From the NCBI GenBank assembly GCA_963773065.1, contig CAVYZN010000028.1, positions 1 to 64,000 of the forward strand: a DNA stretch of 64,000 nt, written 5' to 3'. The stretch is from an uncultured Gammaproteobacteria bacterium (lineage in GTDB: Bacteria > Pseudomonadota > Gammaproteobacteria > UBA9214). The position numbers and the translations under genes are program-made. The notes beneath the pieces were generated by a model that saw only the letters and a list, made by a program, of their open reading frames with translations, had not been told where the DNA came from and ran no database searches. Of the stretch, positions 24,722-37,393 are shown one piece after another; the first letter of the stretch is position 1; each line of letters begins with the position of its first letter.

Positions 24722-25105
24722 TCAGGGTTTGCGGTTCAACAGATCCTTGAGCCCGGAGAAGGGGCTGTGTTTCGCCGCCGGTTCTTTTTTTCCGTCCGCC
24801 GTTCCGCCTCCGGGCACGGGAGCATCCAGATAGCGGGCGTGCTCGTTGTCGTGGCAATAAAGACACAGCAATTCCCAGTTGCTGCCGTCCGGGGGGTTGT
24901 TGTCGTGATTATGATCGCGGTGATGGACCGTGAGTTCGTGAAGATTCGCGCGGGTGAATTCGCGGCTGCAGCGCCCGCAGATCCAGGGATAGAGCTTGAG
25001 CGCCTGTTCCCGGTAGCCCAGTTCGCGCTGCTCCCGCTCGCGCCGGGCCGCGGCGACGATCCCGTCCAGCTTGTCCGAATCGGGTGATGTCTTCTTCGCG
25101 GACAT
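24722..25105 (-). CDS. yajD: YajD-family HNH nuclease
   Basis: GYREQALKLYPWICGRC, LTVHHRDHNHDNNP, NWELLCLYCHDNEH. Confidence 0.92.
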   Translation of the reverse strand: MSAKKTSPDSDKLDGIVAAARREREQRELGYREQALKLYPWICGRCSREFTRANLHELTVHHRDHNHDNNPPDGSNWELLCLYCHDNEHARYLDAPVPGGGTADGKKEPAAKHSPFSGLKDLLNRKP

Positions 25106-25208
25106 GCGCCAACCTACCGCGTACCGCCCGGCGCGAAGCCGGCCATCGCTATCAATGGTAACGACATGCCCGGCCGGCTACATGAGGCAGTCAACCGACA
25201 GGGCAATG

Positions 25209-25487
25209 CTAGGCTCTCAGCAGTGTCCATAGCCCGATCCCGATAAATCCGATGCCGGCAGTGTAATGTAATTGGCGTTCGCTGACATAGTCGGATATGA
25301 CTCCGCCGGCCAGGACCCCGATCGCGGAGGTGAATACAAGCGCCAGCGATGCACCCAGAAAGACCGTGAGCTTGCTGACCTCCTTATCCGCCGCGAACAG
25401 CAGGGTCGCCAACTGGGTTTTGTCGCCCAACTCGGCGATGAACACCGCGGTAAAAACCATCAGCAATGTTTTCATATCCATGGACAC
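25209..25487 (-). CDS. TMEM165/GDT1 (UPF0016) single-domain Mn/Ca transporter
   Basis: FIAELGDKTQL motif, three hydrophobic segments. Confidence 0.92.
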   Translation of the reverse strand: MSMDMKTLLMVFTAVFIAELGDKTQLATLLFAADKEVSKLTVFLGASLALVFTSAIGVLAGGVISDYVSERQLHYTAGIGFIGIGLWTLLRA

Positions 25488-25663
25488 TCTCCGATTCAGA
25501 AGCTTGCCACGACGCCGTCAACACGGCCCGCCAACCGCAGCGGGAGCAGTCGTTGAGATCTAGGGTAACGGGCGTGCCATAACAATCGGGACTTGCTACC
25601 CGCGCACCACGAAAATGAAAACGGTGATCCGTTTGTGTGCCGCCGCCCGGGTAGGAACACTGG

Positions 25664-27109
25664 CTAGGCGCCGGTTCCACCCACCGTCAGTTCATCGATC
25701 AGCAGGGTCGGCTGCCCGACGCCCACCGGTATGCTCTGACCGTCCTTGCCGCAGGTGCCGACGCCGGTATCGAGCTGCAGATCCCTGCCGACCATGGAGA
25801 CGCGTTTCAGCACATCCGGTCCGTTGCCGATGAGGGTGGCGCCCTTGACCGGGCGTGTCACCCTGCCCTTCTCGATCAGATAGGCCTCGCTCGCGGTGAA
25901 CACGAACTTGCCGGAAGTGATGTCGACCTGCCCGCCGCCGAAATTCACGGCATACAGGCCCTTGTCAACGGACTTGATGATGTCCTGCGGGTCATGCTCG
26001 CCGGCGAGCATGTAGGTATTGGTCATGCGCGGCAGCGGCAGATGCGCAAAGGATTCGCGGCGGCCGTTGCCGGTGGGCGCGACGCCCATCAGGCCCGCAT
26101 TCAGCCGGTCCTGCAGGTAACCCTTGAGTATGCCCTTGTCGATCAGCACGGTCCGCTGGGTCTTGATGCCTTCATCATCGACATTGAGCGAACCGCGGCG
26201 GCCCGGCAGGGTGCCGTCATCCACGACCGTGCACAGGGGTGAGGCCACCCGTTGGCCGACCCGGCCGGCGAAGGCCGAGGTGCCCTTGCGGTTGAAATCG
26301 CCTTCCAGTCCGTGACCGATCGCCTCATGCAGCAGGATACCCGGCCAGCCCGGGCCCAGTACGACCGGCATGGCGCCGGCCGGCGCGGCAACCGCATCGA
26401 GGTTTACCAGCGCCTGGCGAACGGCTTCGCGGGCGTATCCCAGGGCCCGCCCTTCCTCGATGAAATAGGCATATTCAGTCCGTCCGCCGCCGCCGGCGCT
26501 GCCCTGCTCGCGGCGACCGTCCTGTTCGACGATGACGTTGACGTTGAAGCGGATCAGCGGACGCACATCGGCGGAGAGCGTGCCGTCACTGACCGCAACC
26601 ATCATGACCTCGTGCACGCCGGCCAGACTGACGACCACTTCCCTGACCCGCGGGTCCTGGCGGCGCGCCTCGGCATCCACCTGCCTTAGCAGCGCCACCT
26701 TCTCATCCGCCGACATCCCATCGAGCGGATCGATCGCGGGATAGAGAATATTCCCATCGCCCCTGTGCCAGGCCTGCAGTCTGCCCGGACCGCCGTGGCC
26801 GGCAATGGCGCGCGCCGCCTGCGAGGCTTCGAGCAGGGCCGGCATCAGTATCTCGTCGGAATAAGCGAAGCCGGTCTTCTCACCGCTGATCGCCCTGACC
26901 CCGGCGCCCTGTTCGATACTGTACGTGCCTTCCTTGATAATGCCGTCCTCGAGCAGCCAGGACTCATAACGGGTCGACTGGAAATAGATGTCGCCCCCGT
27001 CAACCGCATGCCCCAGCAATTTGCCGAAGACCCGGTCGAGGTCCTGTTCGTCCAGCCCCGCGGGGGCCAGCAGGCGCTGGCGTGCAATATCAAGATTCGT
27101 CGCAGTCAT
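25664..27109 (-). CDS. tldD: Metalloprotease TldD
   Basis: [32 protein letters not shown]. Confidence 0.97.
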   Translation of the reverse strand: MTATNLDIARQRLLAPAGLDEQDLDRVFGKLLGHAVDGGDIYFQSTRYESWLLEDGIIKEGTYSIEQGAGVRAISGEKTGFAYSDEILMPALLEASQAARAIAGHGGPGRLQAWHRGDGNILYPAIDPLDGMSADEKVALLRQVDAEARRQDPRVREVVVSLAGVHEVMMVAVSDGTLSADVRPLIRFNVNVIVEQDGRREQGSAGGGGRTEYAYFIEEGRALGYAREAVRQALVNLDAVAAPAGAMPVVLGPGWPGILLHEAIGHGLEGDFNRKGTSAFAGRVGQRVASPLCTVVDDGTLPGRRGSLNVDDEGIKTQRTVLIDKGILKGYLQDRLNAGLMGVAPTGNGRRESFAHLPLPRMTNTYMLAGEHDPQDIIKSVDKGLYAVNFGGGQVDITSGKFVFTASEAYLIEKGRVTRPVKGATLIGNGPDVLKRVSMVGRDLQLDTGVGTCGKDGQSIPVGVGQPTLLIDELTVGGTGA

Positions 27110-27128
27110 GAAATTGTTACCGGGATGC

Positions 27129-27947
27129 TTACCGACACCGCAGACGGCGGTGCTGGATACTGGGGAAATTCCGGCGGGCGCTTTCGAGGCGGACAAGGTC
27201 AATGTCGGCACAGACGACGCCCGGTCCGCGCGCCAGACTGTCGAGCACGATTCCCCAGGGATCGACAATCATGCTGTGGCCATGCGTTTCACGCCCGCTC
27301 AGATGGTAGCCGCCCTGGGCGGCCGCGGCGACATAGCAGAGGTTCTCGATGGCGCGCGCCCTGACCAGCACCTCCCAGTGCGCGCGACCGGTAATCGCCG
27401 TGAACGCGGCAGGCAGTGTCAGGAATTCCATCCCTTGATCGAGCTGCTGGCGGAAAAGCTCCGGGAAGCGCAGATCGTAACAGACCGCCAGTCCCATGCG
27501 GCCGAACGGAGTATCCACGACCACGACTTTGTCATCGGGTTCGATGGTTTCGGATTCGGTATATTGCTCATGACTGTCAACGAGCTTCACATCGAACAGA
27601 TGAATCTTGTCGTAGCGAGCGACCTGTTTGCCGCGCTCATCGAACACCAGGCAGGCGGCGCGCACCTTGTCGGCGCTGGTCGCGGCGAGCGGAATGGTTC
27701 CCCCGACGATCCAGATACCGTGCCGGGCGGCCTGCGCGGAAAGAAATGCCTGCATCGGCCCAGTTCCTTCCGGTTCGCGCACCGCCACCTTGTCGCGTTC
27801 CGAAATGCCCATGAGGGCAAAGTTTTCCGGCAATACCACCAGTTTCGCATTGCGGCTGACGGCCTGTTCTATCAGCCGTTCGGCCTCCAGCAGGTTGGCC
27901 CCGACGTTGGGCCCCGAGGCCATTTGGATACAGGCAAAAACAGTCAT
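27129..27947 (-). CDS. Carbon-nitrogen hydrolase (Nit1-like)
   Basis: [22 protein letters not shown] (E-K-C triad). Confidence 0.95.
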   Translation of the reverse strand: MTVFACIQMASGPNVGANLLEAERLIEQAVSRNAKLVVLPENFALMGISERDKVAVREPEGTGPMQAFLSAQAARHGIWIVGGTIPLAATSADKVRAACLVFDERGKQVARYDKIHLFDVKLVDSHEQYTESETIEPDDKVVVVDTPFGRMGLAVCYDLRFPELFRQQLDQGMEFLTLPAAFTAITGRAHWEVLVRARAIENLCYVAAAAQGGYHLSGRETHGHSMIVDPWGIVLDSLARGPGVVCADIDLVRLESARRNFPSIQHRRLRCR

Positions 27948-28102
27948 CGCTCGGTCTGCCCTGGGGGTTCATACGGCATGGATGCTTTCCTGAGACACCG
28001 TGTCAAGGCCGGTTGCGGTTACGCTGAACAGATGTCTATGGAAAAGCATACCATACCTGCGCGGCAGGCCATGCCGGCACACGGCTGGGAATACGGCAAC
28101 AT

Positions 28103-31100
28103 TCACTCAGCCTTCGCAGGGGTTTTATCCCCGGCTCCTTCAGGGGGGATTTCAATCTTGGTGTAGACAGGATCGGACCAGGGGCCGGTGACGGCGTAAT
28201 GCGTGTGCGTAAACCAGGTCGCATTCTCGAGTTCATCACCCAGCAAGCGTTGTGCCACGTACAGCGCGGCCCCGATGGCCGGCCCGCCGGCGATGGCGCC
28301 CGCCAATGGCAGGCTTGAACTCATACTGGGTATCACCGTCACCAGCTCGTCGTAATCCGTGTTCGCCAGTCCGATACGCCCGGATATCTCTATCCTCGCC
28401 GCCGGCCCCTCGATCAGGAGGTCATTGGTATAGGCGTCGCCGTTATCGAGCACGAAATTGCCTTCGATACGGTCAAACGCAAAGCCTTTCTTGAACAGGT
28501 CGCTGAAATCGAGCGACAGCCGGCGCGGCAGGGTATGCAGGCTTACCAGACCGAACACCCGACCGGCGCCCGGCTCGACATCCAGCAGTTGACCATCCTT
28601 GATGAGCAGGTGGAGCTTGCCATTGACGCGCGCGGGTTTGAATTCCCAGGGCGCGCCCTGCCAGCTTGCGTGCAGTGAGCCGGAAAGATCGCCGCCCGTC
28701 ATTTTTTCCCTGAAATTAAAAGCCTCAAGCAGTTTGGCCAGATTGCCCTCGGTGATATCGATGTCAAATTGCGACAGGTTCTGTCCGTTGACCGAATGCC
28801 AGTCACCCGCCGCCTGAAACGTGATCTTTTTCGAGGCGACAAGCAGTCTTTCGACATGAACCGTGTCGGCCTTTCGGTTCGCCTGCAACTGCACCTCGCC
28901 GAGGTTGACGCCGTCGTATTTGAACTTGCGTACCGTGATCTGCAATTCAGGAAACTCTTCGATCTTCGCGGACACATCCCCGTCGGCGCCGGATGAGGCG
29001 CGCGTCTCCAGGAACAGCCGGTCGAGGTTCATCATGACCTTCTCGATGCCGCTCCCGGTACGGGTAAGTTCGACCGTACCGGCGATGGCCGGTCCATCGA
29101 AGGTGTAAGTCTGCACCAGTCCCGCCTCTTGCGTGCGCACGGCGACATCGCGCGCGACATGCCGCATGGCCTCCAGCTCGTCGATCACCAGATCGAGCCT
29201 GACGGGGATAGCGGGACCGGCATGGAACCCTGCAAGCACCGGCTGCCAGCGGGTCAGTGAGAACGCCTGCATGTGACCGGAAACGAGCAGCGCCTTGACA
29301 TCCGGCAAGACCGCCGCGCCTTCCCCGATGCGGATATTTCCGCGGCTCCAGGCAATTCCCTGCCCGTGTGTCCCTGAGTTCGAACACACCCTTCACCAGA
29401 TCCGCGTAACTGAAGCGCAGTTCCTTGTCAGGCTTTGCAACCCGGCCAATCGCGATGTCAAGCCGCCGGCTTTCCTGTTTCGTTTTGCCAAGCGGCGCGG
29501 GCAGATCGATGGCGATACCCTCGAGGTTCGAGGAAAGACTGAGATCCACCCTGGGCAATTCATCCCGGCTTCTGAGACGGCCAATGGCAAGCAGCACGTT
29601 CCAGTCAGTCTTGCCCGACGCCAGCGCCGCCAGCCCCTGCTGTTCCTTGGCGGCAAGACCAACCAGATCCAGCGGCCCGTTCATGCTGATGCTGGTCACG
29701 CCCGCCGTGACGTCAGTCCCCACATCGACGCTGACCGGTGCGTCGAGCAAGTTCGCCTTCAATCCCTTGCCGCTGATTCCGTTCGAGGTAAAAGCCAGTT
29801 GACCCTCGATGTTTTCAAGGCCGGGCCCGTCAGGCATGACCTTGAGCGTATTGTCCTTCAGGATGATGTTGCCCTTGACGTCTATGTGCCGGTCATCGCC
29901 ATGCAGCGGCACAACGATGGTCAGGTCCAGTCCGGCGCCGCCGCCGCTCATGACCCGATCAACGAACCCGCCATAGATATGGCCCAGGGGACTGCCGCCC
30001 AGCTCGGCCAGCATCACCGGCAATTCACCCTGCACCGTTCCCTCCAGCACAAGGTCCGGCTTGGCCAGATCCTTGATCCGCGCCTGCACCGCAACGAGAG
30101 AGGCCGTCCGGATTTTCCCCCGATGACTCTGTATCTCCATGCCGCGACCGGTGAAATCGACCTGGGCGTCGAGTTTCTCGATGGGCGTCCAGCCCGGACT
30201 GTACGCGAGGACCGCGTTGGTGACCGGCAGCCGGGCGAGCAACTGCCCTTGCCCGTTGTCAAAGGGTAGTTGATCGAGCCGTCCCCGCACGACCACGCTG
30301 CCCGCGGCGACGGCGCCGCTCACCAGACTGCGTTCCAGCCAGTTGACCCCCGTCTTGGACATGACGCGCGCCGGCAGGTAATGCCGGATACCGGCAAGCT
30401 CACAGCGGTTCACGGCGATCGTGAGATCGATGACCGGGGCCGGTTCGTCCGGGGAACGCGCGAGAGCCAGGCGCGCCGTGAGCGCGAGGTCGCCGTTTTC
30501 GATGTCGATATCCTTGCTGCTGAGATTGAAGCGACCATCCTCGAAGCGCCAGTCGGCCTCGCCCGTGACGGCATCGAAATGCAGGGGCTCGCGAAACAGC
30601 CTGTCGTCCTGATAGATAAGATCCTGGCTGTCGATCCAGAGCGTGCCGCCTTCCTGTGTGCCGGTGACGATGCCGGTCAAACCGCTGAACCCCGGGACGG
30701 CTTCGACCTGCCGGATACCAATATCCCTCAAGCTGGCATCGAACCAGAGTACCCGTGGCGGCGCATCCCCGGGGTCCTCGATGTTGATGGAGAGCTTTTC
30801 GATCACCCCTTCGGGGCGCAGCCGGGCGAACTGTTTGCGGTACCGGTCCTCGATGCCGGGCAGCAGTTCCACCAGCGGCTGCAAATCCGGCAGAGAAAGC
30901 CGGGTGACGTTGCCTGAAACATGGCCGGCACCCGCCTGGTTGCTGCGGGCGAGCGATACCTGCGTCGCCGGACGCCGGATGCCATCCTGGGTAATGACGA
31001 TGTCCCGGGCCGCGAACTGCCAGCCCGATTCACGCCGCCGCCACCCGAGCAGCCCGCTGGCCTGATCCGCGACATAATCCGCCGCCCGGTCGGACCCCTG

Positions 31101-31943
31101 GTGGCGCAGGCGAAAGTTGCGCAGTTCAAGTTCAGCCGAGAGCGCCTGTAGGTGGGCGGCGCCAAAGTCCACCCAGCATCTGACATCCGCCACGCCCATG
31201 GCATCGATGCCGGGAGCGACGTCCTTCAGGACATCGGGCATGATCGACAAGGAGCGGCCGGTGGCGTACAGCCGGCCCTGCCATTCATCGATGCGTTCAA
31301 GCGGGCCGCTGAACTCGGCCTGAACGTCGATTCTGTGGCCCAGTTGTTCAGGCAGCGTGACGTCGCCGCGCAGGGTATGCGCGCCGCTGGAATTCTTCAG
31401 GGTGAGCGAAACGTCCGAAAAACGCAGCGCCGGCCGCCCGGTCTTGAGGTCGTGGAAGGTAATGTCTGATTTATGGATGGAGAGGCGTCCTATTTCCAGC
31501 AGGCCGGGGGCGACGGCGGCATCGCCGGAATCGCCTTGCAGCCGGTCGATGTAGACCTTTCCGTCCCTGTCCCTGATCACGCTGACAGCGGCGCCGATGA
31601 CATCGATGCTGGCCAGCCGGATTTGCCCGTCATAGAGATAACGCCTGAGGTCGAGGCCGACCCATACCTGCTCCACGACGAGTCGATTGTCCCGGATTGC
31701 GGAACCGGAGACGGACACGCCCTTGAACTTGAGCACCGGGTTCAGACCGCGCCAGGTTGCCTCCATGCGCTCGATGCTGACCGGCCGGTGCAGCGCCTCG
31801 CTGGCCAGCCGCTCCGCTTCCAGGCGGTATTCACCCAGCGCGGGTACCCACAGGCGCGCCGCGGTGAGCGTGGCGGCGGTGAGACCCAGCAGGGCAACCA
31901 GCAGCAGCCACAGGGCATGGAACAGACGACCCGGCATAGTCAA
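28103..31943 (-). CDS. yhdP: YhdP (AsmA-like lipid transport protein); frameshift near 29370
   Basis: N-terminal TM, about 1280 codons, C-terminal LPRRLSLDFSDLF and YAVTGPWSDP; rng-yhdP-nit-tldD order. Confidence 0.92.
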
Positions 31944-31997
31944 GGCTATCGGTACGCTGGCAGGTTAGGAGTATCCATTGCGCCGGTCCGGCAGGCC

Positions 31998-33464
31998 CTA
32001 CCTGGGAACAACGTCATATTGTTCCTGCGTATAGAGGGCCTCTACCTGGAACTTGATCGGTTTGCCGATGAAGGCCTCGAGTTCGGCCAGGCTGTCGGAT
32101 TCCTCGTCGAGCAGCAGATCGACGACTTCCTGGGAGGCGAGCACCAGCAACTGCTGCGCGTCATACTGGCGTGATTCGCGCAGGATCTCCCGGAAGATCT
32201 CGTAGCAGACCGTCTCCGGGGTCTTCAGGGACGCCCTGCCGCCGCAGGTCGGACACTCCTCGCAGAGGATGTGCTCCAGGCTTTCGCGGGTACGCTTGCG
32301 CGTCATCTCGACCAGCCCCAGCGTGGACACCTCGCTGATGTGCGTCTTGGCATGGTCCTTTTCGAGGTATTTCTCGAAGGCGCGCAACACCTGGCGCTTG
32401 TGATCCTCCTGGGTCATGTCGATGAAATCGACGATGATGATGCCGCCGAGATTGCGCAGCCGCAACTGACGGGCGATGGCCTGCGCCGCTTCCAGGTTGG
32501 TCTTGAAAATCGTCTCCTCGAGATTGCGGTGCCCGACGTAGCCGCCGGTATTGACGTCGATGGTCGTCATCGATTCGGTCTGGTCGAAGATCAGGTAGCC
32601 GCCCGACTTGAGCTGTACTTTGCGATCCAGCGCCTTATGGATCTCGTCCTCCACGCCGTAGAGATCGAAGATCGGCCGTTCGCCCGGATAGTATTCGATC
32701 TCCACCGCGAGACCCGGCATGAACATCTCGGTGAAGCGCAGCACCCGCTGATAACTTTCGCGCGAATCGATGCGCACCTTCTCTACATGGGCATCCAGCA
32801 CGTCACGCATGATGCGCACGTTGAGCGGCAGGTCCTCGTAGACGACGGATCCGGGCGCGGCGGTGCGTTCACGCTCGCAGATGGAAGCCCACAGCTTCCT
32901 CAGAAAGATCATGTCGGCGCGCAGGGCCTCAGCGCTTGCGCCTTCCGCTGCCGTGCGCACGATATAACCCCCCTCATCTTGTTCCGCCATGAACAACTGG
33001 ATGATATCCCGCAGACGGATCCGCTCCGCCTCGTCCTCGATCTTCTGGGAGATGCCGACATTGGCCACTGTCGGGATGAACACCAGGTAACGCGACGGTA
33101 AGGTGCTCTGCGTGGTCAGGCGGGCGCCCTTGGTGCCGAGCGGGTCCTTGATCACCTGCACGGTAAGTTCCTGTCCCTCCTTCAGCAACTCGCTGATATC
33201 GATCTCGCCGCCGGCGACGGCCCCGCCTTCCGGATTCCGCGGCAGGATATCCGATGCGTGCAGGAAGGCGGCGCGGTCGAGCCCGATGTCCACGAAGGCG
33301 GCCTGCATCCCCGGCAGCACCCGGCACACCCGGCCCTTGTAGATGTTGCCGACCAGGCCGCGGCGGCGGGTGCGCTCGATCAGGACTTCCTGCAGGACGC
33401 CGTTCTCGATAAGCGCCACGCGCGTCTCGCGCGGTGTCACATTGATCAGGATTTCTTCGCTCAT
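31998..33464 (-). CDS. rng: Ribonuclease G
   Basis: GNIYKGRV, PGMQAAFVDIG, IDVNTG, LGGIIIVDFIDM. Confidence 0.97.
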   Translation of the reverse strand: MSEEILINVTPRETRVALIENGVLQEVLIERTRRRGLVGNIYKGRVCRVLPGMQAAFVDIGLDRAAFLHASDILPRNPEGGAVAGGEIDISELLKEGQELTVQVIKDPLGTKGARLTTQSTLPSRYLVFIPTVANVGISQKIEDEAERIRLRDIIQLFMAEQDEGGYIVRTAAEGASAEALRADMIFLRKLWASICERERTAAPGSVVYEDLPLNVRIMRDVLDAHVEKVRIDSRESYQRVLRFTEMFMPGLAVEIEYYPGERPIFDLYGVEDEIHKALDRKVQLKSGGYLIFDQTESMTTIDVNTGGYVGHRNLEETIFKTNLEAAQAIARQLRLRNLGGIIIVDFIDMTQEDHKRQVLRAFEKYLEKDHAKTHISEVSTLGLVEMTRKRTRESLEHILCEECPTCGGRASLKTPETVCYEIFREILRESRQYDAQQLLVLASQEVVDLLLDEESDSLAELEAFIGKPIKFQVEALYTQEQYDVVPR

Positions 33465-33523
33465 ACACACTCCCTGCAACGGGTTGTCTGCGCCTTATGC
33501 ATCGCGGGCCGTCCTTGCCGGGC

Positions 33524-34108
33524 TTATAGGACTCCGATGCCGAATTCCCGCAGCAATTCCGCGGTCTCGTACACGGGCAGCCCCATCACGCCCGAGTAGC
33601 TTCCCTCCAGCCGGGACACGAACACGGCCGCCCGGCCCTGGATCGCGTAGCCCCCCGCCTTGTCGATGGGCTCGCCGGTGTCCCAGTAGGCCACACATTG
33701 CGAGCGCGTCAGCGTGCGAAATGTCACGGAACTCGCATTCACCCGCACGGCCTCCCGCCCGGCCACCAGCGCCACGGCGCTCAGCACCTGATGACTCCTG
33801 CCGGAAAGCGCCTGCAGCATATCGATGCCGTCGTCGCGGTCACGCGGTTTACCCAGGATTCTGCCGTCGGCAACGACCGCCGTATCGGCGCCGAGCACCG
33901 GGAAGCCGGCCTGCCCGGCCAGCAGCGCCCAGCCGGCCCGCGCCTTCTCCAGCGCCAGGCGCCGGACATAGTCCTCGGCCGGCTCGCCCGGGCGCCGCGC
34001 CTCGTCGACCTCGGCGTGCAACAGGGTGTAGCCGATGCCGATCTGCGTCAACAACTCCTGCCGGCGCGGCGAGGCGGAGGCCAGGAAGATATGCGGTGAT
34101 GCGCCCAT
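33524..34108 (-). CDS. maf: Maf family nucleoside triphosphate pyrophosphatase
   Basis: [27 protein letters not shown]. Confidence 0.95.
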   Translation of the reverse strand: MGASPHIFLASASPRRQELLTQIGIGYTLLHAEVDEARRPGEPAEDYVRRLALEKARAGWALLAGQAGFPVLGADTAVVADGRILGKPRDRDDGIDMLQALSGRSHQVLSAVALVAGREAVRVNASSVTFRTLTRSQCVAYWDTGEPIDKAGGYAIQGRAAVFVSRLEGSYSGVMGLPVYETAELLREFGIGVL

Positions 34109-34243
34109 AATGCCCTGATGAATGAAGTCCTGCCGCGAATGACTCACCGGGTAGCCGCGCCGCGATTCCAGTGCCCGGACCGCATGCGCGGCCGCTACCC
34201 TCCGACAGGCAAAACGCCGGGGCCGTGCACACCTTTAGCCCGA

Positions 34244-34714
34244 TCATGGGCGATGATAGGGATGACCGCCGATGATTGTCCATGCCCGGTAGAGCTGCTC
34301 CGCGAGCACGACCCGCACCAGCGCATGCGGCAGGGTGAGCGCGGAGAGCGACCAGCGCAGATCGGCCCGTTGCCGGCAGTCCCCGGACAAGCCATCCGGC
34401 CCGCCGACCAGCAGTACGATATCACGCCCGGATAGCATCCACTCCTGCAACCGGGAAGCCAGTGTTTGCGTATCCCAGGACCGGCCCGTGACCTCCATGG
34501 CGACCACGAGGCAACGCTCCGGTATGGCGGCGAGCATCCGCCGGCCCTCCTCTTCAACCGCCTGTGCGGCCGGGTGCGTCTTGCTTCTTCTGCCGGGCGG
34601 GATTTCCACCAGCCGCAGGATGCATTCACGGGGCAGGCGCCGCGCATAGTCCTCATAGCCCGCCGTGACCCACGAGGGCATGCGCGTACCGACGGCGATC
34701 AGGTGTATCTGCAT
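34244..34714 (-). CDS. rlmH: 23S rRNA pseudouridine-1915 methyltransferase
   Basis: VGGPDGL, SLSALTLPH, EQLYRA, HPYHR. Confidence 0.97.
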   Translation of the reverse strand: MQIHLIAVGTRMPSWVTAGYEDYARRLPRECILRLVEIPPGRRSKTHPAAQAVEEEGRRMLAAIPERCLVVAMEVTGRSWDTQTLASRLQEWMLSGRDIVLLVGGPDGLSGDCRQRADLRWSLSALTLPHALVRVVLAEQLYRAWTIIGGHPYHRP

Positions 34715-34821
34715 GCGGTCCGGTGAGCGGCTTTACCAAGGAACGAACTTTGCCTCATCTGATTATCTCCAGAGGCCTCATGCCGGCGTGAAGGGTTGTG
34801 ACACTCGCAAAACATCGACCC

Positions 34822-34879
34822 GTAGGGCGGCCGTGCGCATCGGGATCTGCAGCACGCGCGTGCGCATGGCGCACCCTAC
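34822..34879. repeat. GTAG-type REP doublet
   Basis: gtagggcggccgtgcgca ... tgcgcatggcgcaccctac. Confidence 0.7.
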
Positions 34880-34986
34880 AGGGATGTATCCGCAGCGGTC
34901 ACGAAAGGACTTACCCGAGCATGAGTTGCAACTTAGCACCGGCATAGCATAACACCGGTCATAATCCGATACCGGTTCCGGCCGGG

Positions 34987-35388
34987 TCAGGGCAGGCCGG
35001 CGGCCTCGGCGCTGCCGACCGACCAGAGTTTTTCCAGCGCGTAGAATGCCCTGACCGGGGGCAGCATCACGTGGACGACCACATCCCCCAGGTCGATCAG
35101 CACCCACTCGGCCGCCTGTTCACCCTCGACCCCCAAGGGCGGATTACCGGCCTGCTTTGCCTTGAAGGCCACGTGATCGGCCAGCGCCTTCACATGGCGT
35201 GTCGAGGTGCCGCTGACGACCACCATCCGGTCGGTAATCGAAGTCAGTCCGGTGACATCCAGCACCTTGAGGTCAACGCCCTTGAGATCATCGAGCGCGT
35301 CGATGACGAGCGCAAGCAGCCGGTCCACCGGCATGGCGGGCGCCATGACCGGCCGTTGGTGTTTTTCCGTTCTCACTATATGCCTCAT
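34987..35388 (-). CDS. rsfS: Ribosome silencing factor
   Basis: ALDDLKG, WVLIDLGDVVVHVM, FYALEKLW; start uncertain. Confidence 0.95.
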   Translation of the reverse strand: MRHIVRTEKHQRPVMAPAMPVDRLLALVIDALDDLKGVDLKVLDVTGLTSITDRMVVVSGTSTRHVKALADHVAFKAKQAGNPPLGVEGEQAAEWVLIDLGDVVVHVMLPPVRAFYALEKLWSVGSAEAAGLP

Positions 35389-36017
35389 CTGCCTCGATAC
35401 AGACCCTCACGGTTGATAATCTCGATGACCGCCTCCGGCATCAGGAAAGCCGGACTGCGGCCCGCGGCCAGCAGCTTGCGGACCTGCGATGCGGAAATCG
35501 CCAGCGGCGTCACCGGCTGGAACAGCAGCAGACCGGCCGGTTGGCGCCGCAGCCTGGCGGGTTCAGGCACCCGATGTTGCCCGATAAAATCGGCCAGTTC
35601 CCCGCGAGCCGGGACAGCGGCGCCCGGGCGGGTCATGACCACCAGATGGCACAGCCCGGTCAGCTCGCGCCAGCGATGCCATGTCGTCAGCTCCCCGAAG
35701 GCATCCATGCCCACCAGCAAACACAGGCCAACGCCGACCAGCTCCTCACGCAACGAGGCCAGGGTATCGAAGGTGTAGGACGGTCCGTCCCGCTCCAGCT
35801 CCCGCCGATCGACCCTGAAGGCGGGATAACTGCGCACGGCCGCCTCCAGCATGGTGAGACGCTGGTCGGCGGATGCTTGCGGCGGCGAGCGGTGCGGGGG
35901 AAGGCGGCAGGGAACCAGCCGGATCTCATCAAGCGCCAGCGTCTCGTGAATTTCCAGCGCCGGGCGCAGATGGCCGAAATGGACCGGATCGAAGGTTCCG
36001 CCCAGGATGCCGATCAT
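35385..36017 (-). CDS. nadD: Nicotinate-nucleotide adenylyltransferase
   Basis: GGTFDPVHFGH, PPHR, SYT, ISAS. Confidence 0.96.
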   Translation of the reverse strand: MIGILGGTFDPVHFGHLRPALEIHETLALDEIRLVPCRLPPHRSPPQASADQRLTMLEAAVRSYPAFRVDRRELERDGPSYTFDTLASLREELVGVGLCLLVGMDAFGELTTWHRWRELTGLCHLVVMTRPGAAVPARGELADFIGQHRVPEPARLRRQPAGLLLFQPVTPLAISASQVRKLLAAGRSPAFLMPEAVIEIINREGLYRGR

Positions 36018-36083
36018 GGGTGCCGGTGCGAACGGGGACAGCCGGTGGGCATACCGTATGACAAGCGTGTTCCCCGGCGGCCC

Positions 36084-37367
36084 TCAGGTGCGGATGTGTC
36101 CGTCGCCGATGACGATGAACTTCAGCGTGGTGAGCCCTTCCAGGCCGACCGGTCCGCGCGCATGCAGCTTGTCGGTGCTGATGCCGATCTCGGCGCCGAG
36201 CCCGTATTCAAAGCCGTCCGCGAAGCGGGTGGAGGCGTTGACCATGACCGAACTGGAGTCGACCTCGCGCAGGAAGCGCTGCGCCCGCGGCAGGGATTCC
36301 GTGACGATGGCGTCCGTGTGGCCGGACCCGTAGCGGGCGATGTGATCGATCGCGGCATCCAGGTCGGCGACGACGCGGATGGCGAGGATCGGCGCCAGGT
36401 ATTCGGTTTCCCAGTCCGTTTCGCTGGCCGCATGGATCGCCGGCAGGATGGCGCGCGTCGCTTCGCAGCCGCGCAGCTCCACCCCGGCCTGCTGGTATTT
36501 TTCCGCCAGCACCGGCAGCACGCGCGCGGCGATCTCCTGCGCGACCAGCAGGGTTTCCATGGTATTGCAGGTGCCGTAACGCTGGGTCTTGGCATTGACG
36601 GCGACCCGCACCGCCTTGTCCATGTCCGCCATGCCGTCGATGTAGGTATGACAGATGCCGTGCAGGTGCTTGATGACCGGCACCCGCGCTTCCCGGCTGA
36701 TCCGTTCGATCAGCCCCTTGCCGCCGCGCGGCACGATCACGTCCACGTATTTCTCCAGGCGCACCAGCTCGCCGACGGCGGCACGGTCGGTGGTCTCGAT
36801 CACCTGCACCACGTCAGCCGGCAAGCCCGCGCTGTCCAGGCCCGCGTGGATGCAGGCGGCGATGGCCTGGTTGGAATGGATGGCTTCCGAACCGCCGCGC
36901 AGGATGGCGGCATTTCCCGATTTCAGGCACAGCCCGGCGGCATCCGCGGTCACGTTGGGACGGGATTCGTAAATGATGCCGATCACGCCCAGCGGCACCC
37001 GCATGCGCCCGACCTGGATCCCCGAAGGGCGGTAGTTCATGTCCGAGATGCCGCCGACCGGGTCCGGCAGGGCCGCTATCTCACGCAGGCCCTGCGCCAT
37101 GGCGGCGATGCGCGCAGCGTTCAGTTCCAGACGGTCGAGCAGGGCGTCATCCAGTCCCTGCCGGCGGCCGGCGGCGAGATCCTTCCCGTTTTCCGATTCG
37201 AGGCGTTCCCTCGCCGCCTCGATGGCCGCGGCGATGGCCAGCAGTGCGGCATTCTTCTGCCGCGTTTCGGCCCGTCCGATCACCCGGGCCGCGGCACGGG
37301 CGCGCCGGCCCATGGCCTGCATGTAGGCGGGTATATCGATCGTCATGGCTTCGGCTTTCGTACTCAT
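36084..37367 (-). CDS. proA: Gamma-glutamyl phosphate reductase
   Basis: [32 protein letters not shown]. Confidence 0.97.
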   Translation of the reverse strand: MSTKAEAMTIDIPAYMQAMGRRARAAARVIGRAETRQKNAALLAIAAAIEAARERLESENGKDLAAGRRQGLDDALLDRLELNAARIAAMAQGLREIAALPDPVGGISDMNYRPSGIQVGRMRVPLGVIGIIYESRPNVTADAAGLCLKSGNAAILRGGSEAIHSNQAIAACIHAGLDSAGLPADVVQVIETTDRAAVGELVRLEKYVDVIVPRGGKGLIERISREARVPVIKHLHGICHTYIDGMADMDKAVRVAVNAKTQRYGTCNTMETLLVAQEIAARVLPVLAEKYQQAGVELRGCEATRAILPAIHAASETDWETEYLAPILAIRVVADLDAAIDHIARYGSGHTDAIVTESLPRAQRFLREVDSSSVMVNASTRFADGFEYGLGAEIGISTDKLHARGPVGLEGLTTLKFIVIGDGHIRT

Positions 37368-37393
37368 CGGTATCAGCGGTTCGTCATTGCGGC

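Noticed and set aside
24722-25105. HNH nuclease as part of the defence island
   Set aside because: It is the conserved YajD family with host-like GC and marks the island border
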